A stretch of DNA of 61,439 bases, filler included, from Collodictyon triciliatum (Eukaryota), in the NCBI GenBank assembly GCA_043381765.1. It is 5 parts of 5 records of this genome, joined end to end, with 100 filler letters (N's around TTAATTAATTAA, not from the genome) between each part and the next. Parts side by side here need not be neighbours in the genome. Positions count along the whole stretch, not along the records: positions 14,249 to 28,393 come from JBHJMP010001865.1; 4 more parts are not named here. The stretch is one strand, 5' to 3'. A program made the translations under genes and the position numbers. The notes under the pieces are model-generated. The model ran no database searches. It had not been told where the DNA came from and saw only the letters and a program-made list of their open reading frames with translations. Numbering within the stretch: the stretch's first letter is position 1; the number at the start of each line of letters is the position of its first letter. Shown piece by piece: positions 14,759 through 26,559 of this stretch.

Positions 14759-15322
14759 ATTCACTTTTGGGGAGATGAGCCTTTCATATTCTGTGCACCC
14801 AGCAAAATGTGGCTAAGTGTGGGTAGGAGAATGTCATTTTTGCGTTTCTGGGATGTCCAACGTGTCCTTGCATCAGGCTTCCGGCCCTGCTCTTTTCCTA
14901 CTCCATTGCCCAGGCGATGTCCACATTCCAGTAACCCCTTTTTGTTGGGGGATGTATAAACCTCTGACACCCTCGCCCCACTCCGCCATATTAGCGCGGG
15001 TCACCCCTCGAGATGGACTCCCTTTGCGCTTTTGTTGCCTCCTCTGCTCCCCGGCTGTGTTTGCCTCTGAAGAAGTCGACCCTAACTCTGAAGAATTGTC
15101 ATGTCCGGAGCCAAGTCCGTAACTGCCTTCGTGTGGTGATAGACAAAAGATGCATTCTTCATTTGGTGTTTTTTTATTGCAGACTTTTTCCGGCGCGTGA
15201 GGTGGTGGCTGTCGAGACGATTCTGCAGCGATGTACATCAGGTTCGCGTCGACTCGCTATGTGCATCGTGTGGCGGGTAGGAAAAGAAAAACGAAAAGAA
15301 AAACGAAAAGAAAAACAAAAAG

Positions 15323-15560
15323 TTGGGTAGCCGTGATTGCGTCAGGTGAGACCAACACACAAATACACTGCCGCAAGCGATGTGCCTGCAGCCGCATATC
15401 GAGAGTGTGCGAAGCGGTGTTGCCACCAGTGCCCCTAGAGGCCGTTGAAATCTGTGCATGATTTTGGTTTGGGTTCGTACTAACGATCGCGTGCTCTACG
15501 GATGAGAGAATGCAAATGCTTATAACGAGGAAGTATCACTCCAACATGGCACGCTAGCCC
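15323..15560 (-). ncRNA. Putative structured ncRNA of unknown family, copy 2
   Basis: Blocks 15332-15349, 15428-15447 and 15530-15554 match copy 1. On the minus strand it has a GGUG-GCAA-CACC tetraloop hairpin and CCCAACTTTTT at the 3' end. Strand uncertain. Confidence 0.55.
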
Positions 15561-16019
15561 TTGTCTCTCTCTCAGTAATTGTCGCTTTATGAATGCAATA
15601 AAAAGGTTCATTTGTTCCGCATATGGGACATTTGATGTCATCTCACTAATTGTGGAATCCATACTCTCACATCTTTTCTGCAACCTGGTCGCGCCTGCAG
15701 GCATCCAATACCAAGATTCAATAGCCGAAGAACCCTTACCTCTACGGTGGCGCCGTGGACTCGGATCATCTCTGGGATGCTTGTCGTCCTTTGAGCTTCC
15801 GAATTCCGCCTTGTCCAAGCGTTCGGGACAGGAGCAGCGGGCACTGAGTCCTTCGCCTTTGTTTCTCGCTGCTTTCCTCATTGCGCAGCGTCGAGCCACC
15901 CACCTTGACTCTGAAGGATTCTTGCCGCACCGTGCTTTTTCTTCTCGATGAGCCTGACTGAGTTTGCGACCTGTACAAGTTGCGCGGGAGTCAGCGAGGT
16001 CGCTCTGACCCACTTTCCA

Positions 16020-17560
16020 GACAACGTTTTCTTTCGCAAATGTTAATAAGGGCAGAAAGCTTCTTAGAACGGAAACAGAAACCAGTCCACGCTACTTTTC
16101 CGAGATGCTTTTAACTATATGTGGATTATATAATTTTATTGACGAAAAGTGAACCGCGGAACAAATGTGGCCTGTGGCGTGCAATATACATAAAATACAT
16201 CGGTTTTTTTATATGCCAGAGTGACTTACGGCGATGATGCCTTCTATCCATAAGCACGTTAATTCTATGAAACCTGCAGTCTTTTTCGATGCACTCATTT
16301 TCTTGCTATTACACGCATCAAAACTAGGGCTTGGGCCCATCAAAATATCATACAGATCTTACCCATTCCCTTACTTTCGCGCAGCGTATCGAATCCTTGG
16401 GCTCCTAATAATGCAGCAATCCTATTCAACCGGGACTCATGATTAATATCACAGACACTTTCATGCTGTCGACTTGTTACGAAAGGCTATAAGCGCACAG
16501 GTTCTGGGATTGATTATTTTTTGTCAGATTTATTCACATGCTAGCCACAGCTCCCCACGACCACTGCTGCAAACAATCAAACCTTTCTCAACAGCAGGTC
16601 GTTCGGAAATCATAGCAACCAAGCGGTTGATATGGAGGCATCTCTCAGCAGACAGGGAGTCTTCTGTCGCAGCGCTGAACGGTGCTTACCGCCATCTAGA
16701 AGTTGATTGAGCCGGGGACATATGGCCATGTCTACCACAGCGCACTCATCACCCGTCATAAACATATCGCCTTTCAGGTGTTTGCCCGGCGTAGAGCTGG
16801 GTTGTTGAACCTATATTCCGCATCTAGTGGCGCCTTTGTCTCTCACTTCGCATTAATCAGTAGGGACAAATACCATAAACTGTCTGTAGTTTCCTGTCAT
16901 CAGGCCTTGTCCAGTCATCTGCCAAAATACCCAATGCATCATCCCCGCACGAATCCAAGAGTTCCTAGGATTTAATCACTCGTACTTTTCGGCCAGGGAA
17001 ACTCGTCTATTACGAAAGGGTACAATGCACAGTGAGTATCGCACTTGATGTCAAGTTCATCCTAGAAAAACGATACTTTTGTCCCTTCGACGTGGCTAAC
17101 GAATATAGTAGCAAGGAAGCTAGGCCCACGGAAAGGTCCTGCACAACCAGCGCACCAGAAACTGATGAGTTAATCGTAGCCACCTGATTTCCTACTAACT
17201 CCGAAATAAACTCCTCGATTTTCTTCGAAGAGGCCCATACTCGTGGTGTCGGACATTCTATCTGTGACATTCAGGAATGAGTTTTCGCCTTACATTTAGC
17301 ACCAACAACCCCCCCCTTTTTTTCAACTCATTCCTTTTACAAGAAACACCGTTTGTCATATGCATCGTATTTCTTTAGCAGCGGCTTGTTCATGAATAAA
17401 AGATGCACCCTGAATCCATCGCCTGTATATCTTTCGGGTGTTGATGTCAGTGACACATCCCATAATGACAGCTTGATATATATCAGGGGGTTCAACGACA
17501 AGGACCAATTCTCAAAACTCATACAACCTTCGATGACCATTTGCCAGATTCTATAAGTCG
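16020..17560 (+). mobile_element. Heavily decayed Ty3/gypsy-type pol fossil (RT, RNase H, integrase)
   Basis: Colinear, broken-frame motifs: FSFANVNKG, TICGLYNF, VTYGDD (YxDD at 16227), VLGLIIF...RPLLQTIK, HLEVD, HIAF...NLYS...FAL...VVSCHQAL, FRPGK, EEAHTRGVGH, VDV...DQFSK. Order and spacing match gypsy pol; stops and frameshifts throughout; no LTRs seen. Confidence 0.65.
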
Positions 17561-17859
17561 AATTATGAGTCTTGATTGTTGACACAACAACACACACGAC
17601 TGCTTTTTTTTATTATTATTATTATTTTTTTTATTCTTCCTTTGAATTTTTGTGAGGACAAGGAGATACAAACCGTGTGTTTTGCCTTTCAGTTTCCGCT
17701 TCCACTCCAAAAAATAAAATAAAGAAACTATCTTGTCGCATAAATCGACACGAAAGATATAGAACAAAAATAAGCTAAATATTGTAAAAAATAGCAAATG
17801 GCTCGTTTCCCATTTTCTCTGTTTACTTTATGGAAATAGAACGGTCCGGGGATGCAGCA

Positions 17860-20800
17860 TTAAATAGGTGCATGGGAATCCTCGCTTGGTTTCTCTACCA
17901 TTTTTGATTGGATGGATAGAATTTGCCTTTTCGCTTCCACGCAATCTGGATGATTCTCTCCAAAGGACTCAACGAATGCTGCCTCTGCCTTCTGAAAGAA
18001 CTCTAATGCTTTCGACCATTGACCTTGGAGCAATAATATTGCACCAATGTTAAAACTAGTATGTCCAGTGCTCGCATTCAGTTCTCCAAAGACCTGCATT
18101 TTGACTTTGAGAGCCATATTGAAGTGTTCCAAAGCAGCATCATATCTATAAAAAGACAAGTTAAACATTATGATATTAAAGACGTAGAACGCCTCGTGTT
18201 TGCATGTACTTTGAGATGAAAGAAAAAGATAAATAAAAAGGATTACTTTCTGCAATTGGATATATATGAAATGTACTTTTGAATTTTTTGGTACACCGAA
18301 CCGATGTTGTTATGTGAACCAGCCACATCTGGGTGGTTCTCTTCTAATATTTCCATTTGAATTTGAAGAGATTTTTGGTAGTAATCCAACGCTTCATCGT
18401 ACCTTACATAAAAATAGAAAAACTAAATGAATAAACACCACGAATGTAAAAACAAACGAAACATATTCGAACATGAATATTCACGCCTTAGAAATTTCAA
18501 AGGATACGGAATCAACAGCAGAAAACGCAATATCGTAACTACCGTGTAAGGGTATTGTAAATGCTGCCGATATTATTATACGTTGTGGCCACATCAGGAT
18601 GTTTATCTCCATATGCTTTTATCAGGATAGATAGAGATTTCTCATAGCATTCTAGGGCATCTTGATACCTTAATGAGGGGTGTATAAAAAATTAATAAAA
18701 TAATCGAACATCTTGACCAAAGAGTATACGAAAATAAAGATAATAAAAATTTAATAAAAATTTAATAAAAATTTAATAAAAATTTAATAAAAATTTAATA
18801 AAAATTTAATAAAAATTTAATAAAAATTTAATAAAAATTTAATAAAAATAAAAGCAGAACCCAGTGTAAACCATATATTTTGGTTTTTAAGCAATCAGAA
18901 ATAAACATTTCATCTGTGAATAAAAAACCTTTCTAAGCAATCATACGCAAGACCGATATTATTGCAAGCAGCAGCCATATTGGTGCTTTCCTCTCCACAG
19001 AGTTTACGCGAGATATCCGCTGATTTCTTGTAAAATTCAAGAGCTTCATCATACCTGGCAATATTTTTCTTTACAATTTGTTATATGGTTTCTATCAAGG
19101 CCAATATACTTGGTTTAATCCTCGTCCCCTGAAGAAAAAAAAGAAGATAATTGGATTTATCATATTACTTCTCCTGTGAGATGTACACACTTCCGATATT
19201 GCTGAACGTCGCAATAAGGTTTGAATTTTCTTCTCCTAACGCTTCGCTGGAAATATCGGCGGACCTTACATAATACTCTAACGCTTTCTCATAGCTATTG
19301 AGGAAGACAAAAAAAAAAAGAATTTTTTTTGAGATGGATGTGCAAGAGTATCGTGGATTTAGTAGGAGTGTATCTGATTTATTGTTATTAATCCACTCAC
19401 TTTCCTTGGGTATCGCATATTAGACCTATATTGTTATAGCATGCAGCAACTTCAACGTGGTTCTCACCTAGAAGCTTCAATTTTATCTGAAGGTCTTTCT
19501 GATAATAATCCAGCGCCAACTCATACCTATGCAAGGCATAATTTTATATAAAAAAAACTAGAAAATCTGTCGAAAATTAAGCAGTAGCTGTGGTGGAGCG
19601 CATTTATGTGTCTTCCATGAGTACATACTTTCCCAATGATCCATAAATAGTTCCGATATTATTATATGATGTCGCCAAATCTGTATTTTCTTCTCCAAAA
19701 ACCTTGTGTTGAATTTGTAAGGCTTTCTGATAAAGCTCTAAAGCTTGTTCGTATCTATTTGCAATTTGTATAAATTCCATACCTTAATACACGACTTTCT
19801 CTTAAACATCGCAACACCCATAAAATAGGTGATTAAGTTCAACTTTAATACAAAATATGACATCTATACTTTCCAAGAGAGTTGTAAACGTTTCCTATGT
19901 TATTGTAGGATGCTGCGACATCGGAATTTTCCTCTCCAAGGAGCTTGAGTTGAATCGCCAAAGCTCTCTCATACTGCTCCAGGGCCATATTCAGCCTTTT
20001 TACATATGCATTTTCATTTACAAAATATAATGCGTGTGATACTGAGTAGAGTGCATAGAGATATTCTAACACAATTAAACTGTATGAATGTCAAGTAAAT
20101 CGACTTCAAATATTGCAATTATAGTCACCTCTCCTGATTTTTGTAACAACTTCCGATACTGTTGAGTGAGTTACATACGAATACATCTTCCTCACCAAAA
20201 AGTCTGAGATGCAGAGTGAGCTGTTTTTGGTAGTATACAAGAGCCTCATCATGTCTATATACCATACAATACCGCGCGAAATTAGTAAACTGAATAAAAA
20301 TTGCCGCAACTTTTGTAAATATCTAACCTCGTTTAGAAATACTGTGCGTTTTCTAAATCAATTTCCCCTTACCTCCCCAGAGAGCTGCATATTGCTCCTA
20401 AATTATTATAAGACTCTGATATTGATACATGCTCCTCTCCAAACGTTTCCATTTGTGCATCAAGTAATCTTTGATGACATTCTAACGCTTCTTCATATCT
20501 GAATTCATTCGAGATTCATGAAGTCAAAAGAAAATTGAAGAAAAATTTAAGAACAATTTATATTAAATTTATGCGCATACTTTTTATGAGATGAGAGATT
20601 GCCTTTTCAGAGAAGACAAACTCTTAACTAGCCATTTGTAGTCTGGAATCTTCTCTTCTGTAAAATTCTGTTCATGACTATGAATTGTTCGATTGATATA
20701 CACCATTTTCATTAGATATTGAGATAGCTGTTACCCTCATTTTTCCGATATAGAAGACGAGCCCTGATAACAGGCACCAAATATTCAAGGTCGTTTACAT

Positions 20801-23800
20801 CCTTAAAATAAGACACCAGCTTTTCTCCGAGGCTATTTGGCAACTGAAACGCAATAATGCAAAAATAGTTTGAAAGGAAGGGAATATAAATAAATAAACA
20901 AATAAATAAACAAATAAATAAATAAATAAATGAATAAATAAATGAATAAAACAATAGTACAAAGATAAAAACACGAAATCGATTAATAGAGAAACTCCTG
21001 GCAGTTGGCTCTAGCTATAATGGATTTAATTTTTATGTAATGTTACCTGAACCAAGTCTTTGTACCCACTATTGCAATTGAGGCCATTCTCTTTGAGTGT
21101 TACCCAATACGTTTTGAACGCAAAATAATTATTTTCTTGTAGCATTATTGTAACAACCTAATATTTTCAACATGCTATAGTTATTACAATGGTACTACAT
21201 TATTGAATAGGCTTTTGCTGGATGTGACATACGTTTTGTGACAGTAGGTAATCAGCCAAGTAGTCATATTGCTTCGATAAATCGAGAAAGAAGCATGTTT
21301 CAATGACTTCCTTCTCTTGGATATCTGAATGTTTATAAGTCATCGACATCCATAGAGCATACTCTTTTATTTCCGCACTTCGACATGCCTCATCACCCAA
21401 ATATCGCTCTTCACAGTATTTGAGCATGTTTTGGCGCCGGAAAGTGAACCTTTAGCATATTCAATCATCAAAATCGGAGAAAAGACTAGTATGGTACTCT
21501 TTTATGTCACAAGTTTAGCCATACCGTTCATTTACGAGCCTAAGCGACTTCAACAGTTGAAAGAAGAAAGCTTTCCTAAATTCAAAATAAGTTAATAACT
21601 CATGAGATGTATTAATGTCCAAGGTATAATAAAGTAAATGGGCTTGAATGTAGCTTATAGAAATCGTACCACTTGTTATAGCTCAATCTCGTTCTCATAT
21701 TTTTGGAGCGATATTGAATATATAGGTCCAATTCATTCTCGGATAGCCCGATTCGAGATACAGATAATACTGTCAAACACCATTGCACAATATCCACACC
21801 TGTATATTTTGTATTTAAAAAAAGATATAAAACTGTATTGTTGTTGCAGAAGTATATCTTTAGTACCAAATTTGTTTTCCCAGTGATAGATAGCTGCATC
21901 AGTTATATAATGGTCAGCTTCGGAGCTGAACAATTTTTCAAAAACTGTGTGAAAATCAAGCCATGAGACTGAAGCTTTTTCGTTTGTATAGATTGTCTTT
22001 CATATGCAATTATTTTTAAAATCTGCGTCAAAATTGAATCCATCAAATGAAATCGCCCTTTTAAAATTATTTAAAATATTTTAACGATTATTTTATTACA
22101 TCTATTTTGTTTTTTTTCTAAGCATCCTCGCATTTGAAATTCAGACACTGTTGTAATATCATCCAAGCAACCATTTCCAATTTTCTCTATAATCAAAAAC
22201 TCATCGGAAAATGATACATTTATCATATCAAACCCTGCCTCGGGGATGTCCTGTGGGAAAAAGTTGATACATAAGTAAATAGTGTTTTCTAATTTTTGCA
22301 AAAATCATCGCCATGGAAAGAAATAAAAAAATTCGCTTTACCTCGGACACATTTTCATTTAAAAGAGAAGATAAAATGACGGCAATTCCACGAGGAGTTT
22401 TTTTCGGCAACAGCCTTAATTCTAAAATATCATCTGTTTTCGAAATCCTCATTTGATCTACTGAATCGATGACAATTACAAGTTTCGTTTTCCTATTTCA
22501 AACATCGAAGTATCTTAGATATATGTATACACATAATAGTAAAACTTGCCCATGGCCCACTGAAGAATTAGTCAAGTTTTTTTTAAATTTAAACAAACTA
22601 ATTACATTTCTATTGAAACAGCTTCGATGAGTTTGACTAATCCATCCAAATCGAGGTGAAATTCTACTTAGAATACGTAATAATATTAACCCAGGTACTG
22701 ATTGAAAATAAGAAAAAAATCGTGGTAAATGAAAGAACAGAGTGACATGAAGATATTTCAATTATATTCTTTTTAAAAAATAAAGTCATGATAAAAAATG
22801 TAAATTTATGTTTACCATCTCTTAATGCATCTGGATAATTGCCTTTTTCGCGAAGGGTTTCGGCAAGACGAACCATCATGCTATTTTATCGTATGAGGTA
22901 AACACCAAAAATAAATAATACACAAATTAATAGAAACATCACTAAAAGCAAAGTGCTGTCCGTCATGTATGTTTTTGCTGCAAACCTTTGGAAATCTACA
23001 GCATCGTTTGAACATTCCACAAAGTGATAAAAAATGATTACGTCGTCCTTGCATACTCTTTTCATTTCGTGGCAGAATGTGCTTATGATCAATGACTTTG
23101 TCAAACCACTCCTGGAGCGAATCATAGGAACTTTTGAGTCGTGCGTTTCAAATTGTGAGTGCACACTTTCTAGTAAAACCTTTACAAAAGAATCACTGGA
23201 TTCATTTGCAAATAAATGATTTCTCATGAAAAGGTTGTGATGCCTATCTTGCATGGAGTATTCCTGAAGAAAGAGGAGGTAACCATTAAGAGTATTTTTC
23301 CCCGATATGAGCAGAATATACATTTATTTTAAAATTGGTTAATCCACAATATCTGCTTACATTCATATCTACGAAATCTTCATTAATAGAATCGATGAGA
23401 GCATTCACACACAATTCTGCCACATCTCCACTTTTTCCGTATGTGACGGCTTCATACTTCTTCACGATATTATCCATCAACTCTTTATTCCTGTGAATCT
23501 TTTTTCATAAATGTTTTAATATTAAGTTATTGTAGATGCGTGACAATGATTTATTTATTTATTTATTTTTAAAAATGATATTCATTACTGGTTCCTCCTC
23601 TGATTTGATTTCTTCAAGATTTTTGAAGTAGAAGAAGCATCTTCGACTTACAGGGCTACTTTGCAAACACGAGTGAAATACCTATTTGAAAGGAATATTA
23701 CATTTGACCTTATGCCAAAGAGAAGAATTATGGATAAGGCACATGAAAAACCTCATATTCTGCCAAGCTGAGTTGATGACTTTGTTTCATGTGGGGGTAT

Positions 23801-26559
23801 TTACACTCTATTTCAGAGTTACAATCAAAAATTTCATCTCCAATTATTACACCAGTTTCATTTGCACCAGTGAAAAATAAAAAGTATGGAGAATGATTCA
23901 TTGCATCCATGAAATATTCCAGTTTCTATATTTTTTTTTTTAAAAAAAGGGTTTAGATTGGCATATAGAGTCCGAATACTCTTTCAGATTACTCTTTATA
24001 TAAGTGCATCAAACGTATCAGTGCCCTACATCTGAAGAAGCTTCGTCCTTGTTCAAAAGGATGAAAACGATACTGATCCCCTTCCTCTTTGATATTTCGA
24101 ATAATCTAGTAAAATTCCGTCCTTAAATTATTACTCATAGAAAATATAGCTAATTATTTCAGAATAGATGATCGAAGATACAAACTAAACCTCTCTTTTG
24201 CAATCCCAACAACAAGTTGTGCATCGCACTTAGTTTCAGAGCATGCCGAAGATACATAAATTCGGAGTATCCTTTGCTTCATGACACTATTCCAATCATG
24301 CGTTTTGGAATAGTTTGGCAATGAGTGGGTAACACGACCCATCGGCAAATCAATTTCTGTAGTTTGCTTATTCAAGTTGCTCTCGGGCTTACTAATTTTA
24401 CCATTCTTGATTATTGCACTTCCACCAAACTCTACGACCTTGCAATAAACCTTTTAAAAGAAGGCAACATGTGAGAATAAAAACAAGCTAAAATTGAGAG
24501 TTTCAATAAACTTAGCAAAATTTTCTAAAAAGGGGTCTTTTAAGGGAGTTACTTGGTGGATTACAGCACAGACTCGCAGCAGAGCGGAAGTGCCTCTTTC
24601 CTCGTAAACTGAAAGAGACACAGAAACATGAAGTTAGCAACAATAATGTTGATAAATCTCCCAGCAAATATAGAAGAAAATCATCAACGAAGGTATGCCT
24701 GCAAATTCGATCCCATTTTCGGAGGCCAAGGAAGCCGCAAGCATAAATCGTTCGCCTGGCGTATGTATCTAAAAGAAAATTTTGTGTTCGTTATAAGAGT
24801 GATCTAACAAACCTATAAGGTGGATTAGAATGTACTACATCACGTATTCATGATCTTACTTGAGCTAATGCATAATCTATACTTTCTTCTACCACACTCC
24901 ATACAATTATCTTGGCAAATTCTACAAAATACAAGTGAAATTTGAAAAAAAGGATTGGCAATCGAGAATGCAGCACTTTTTTTTTTTTTAAAAAAAAACC
25001 AGCAGCATAAAAACTTCACCAAAATTGAATACCCACATATATTATTTAAACATTTTGTTTACCATTAAATTGTAATTCTTGGCCCTTTATGAGGTCCTCC
25101 TTGTTTTTTAGTAGGCAAATCTTAGAATACCATTCTCGGATGACAGATTGATTATGTGATACAAGAGCAGATTCGATAAGCGGCTCGTGTCTAAGAAAGA
25201 AAAAAGAAAAAAAAGAGAGGCCGAATGTAATTTAATTTATCAGTTCGTGATTGACATCTACACATATTTGTATATGTATGCACCATGAACTGCATTGTGC
25301 TTATTTGCAACTCAGAGAATTTTTGACATGACAATCGTAAGACTTTCCTACTTATTCGGTCAAATAATTATTCATTTGGGTAGAATCTTACGTTGGCTGT
25401 CGTTTATAGTATTCTCCCAGCTGCACATGCGCAATCTGTTCTATCAATTTTATTAAATAGAAACCATCCGCTAGGTCATCATTTACATCGCGAGCTTTCA
25501 TGTTTGCCCTCTCCAAATGATAGTTTATCCATTCCAGTAGGCACTGTTTTGTTTTTTTGTAGATGATTTTTAGGTCGTTTTGATATTTCATCAAATCATT
25601 CGTGTTCTATGAACTTATGATTGAAGAAAATGCAATACTCCTACAGAATACGGAAAAAGAAAACCAGCATTAAATAATACCAAAAACAAACAAACAAACA
25701 AACAAACAAACAAACAAACAAACAAACAGACAGACAGACAACAAACAGACAACAAACAAACAAACAAACAAACAAACAAACAAACAAACAAACAAACAAA
25801 CAAACAAACAAACAAACAAACAAACAAACAAACAAAAATAAGCAAACCACACACCTCACCCTCATCCTCATGAATATCCGAGTGCCTTGCTGACGATACC
25901 GATGCTCTATGCAGACTCTTGATTGAAACTGGAGTTGGAGGTTCATCCTGCGTCGTCTTGAGTAAGTCCTCCAGTCTCTCTTGCATTTCTGCGTGAGCTC
26001 CGGCCAACTCATCCATCTTTTCTCTCATTTTTTCGGCCTCACTGTCCTTATGTACAGCCTCTTTCTGCAGTGCCACGTTCTCTGCCTCGAGTTGCTCCTT
26101 CTGCTGATTGATTTCTCCGCGAAGCTTTTCAGAGTCCTTGAGCTTGGTATCCTTGTCTACTAGCAGCCTTTTTGCCTCCTCTAAATCCCTTTCAAGCGCT
26201 CGGATCCGATCGGTCAAGCGCTTTTCCTCTTGCGCATATCTATCAGCATCATCGTGCGCTGCTTCGGGCCCCACCTTCTGCTTCGATGCTCCGCCTCCGC
26301 CGCCCCGAAGTGCCGGGAAGATATGCAAACTCAGTTCTGTGCCTGGAAAGTGATTCACGCGGGCCACGCGGAGTTGGCAGCGCACTTGAGCATCTGAGCA
26401 GCCTATTTTGCTTGGATCAAGCGAGGCATCGACAAAGACTTGCGGGATGCGTGTGGGTTGGATCTGGTGGTCGGATTGGAGCAGGTGGAATGAGGCACGG
26501 TCGGGGCGACTGTTGTCCATGAGGATCGTGCCTTCTGCGGTGGAGCCGATATGCAGCAT
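17860..26559 (-). CDS. Coiled-coil + calponin-homology + nephrocystin-3-like/NACHT-like + about 11 TPR repeat protein
   Basis: ATG 26559; coiled coil; CH domain LLEWINYHL...DLADGFYLIKLIEQI...IIVWSV; RILRIYVSS (NPHP3/DUF4062-like); degenerate Walker A SRSGLTKS and Walker B LVIVIDSVDQ; 42-aa TPRs (YDxALExYxKAL...GEEHxDVAxSYNNIG). The exon joins I checked are in phase. Confidence 0.8.

Noticed and set aside
14426-15345. RNase P/MRP-like motifs (GGAAAGTCC at 14426; ACGCAATCACGGCTA on the minus strand of copy 2) and TPP-riboswitch-like GTGCCC/GTATCAC
   Set aside because: The RNase P-like motifs are on opposite strands with no P4 partner and are not conserved in copy 1. The TPP UGAGA and CUGAU motifs are absent in the required order.
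17162-17206. Hammerhead-like CTGATGA...GAAA
   Set aside because: The stem II register does not abut GAAA, no stems I or III were found, and it lies inside the retroelement fossil.
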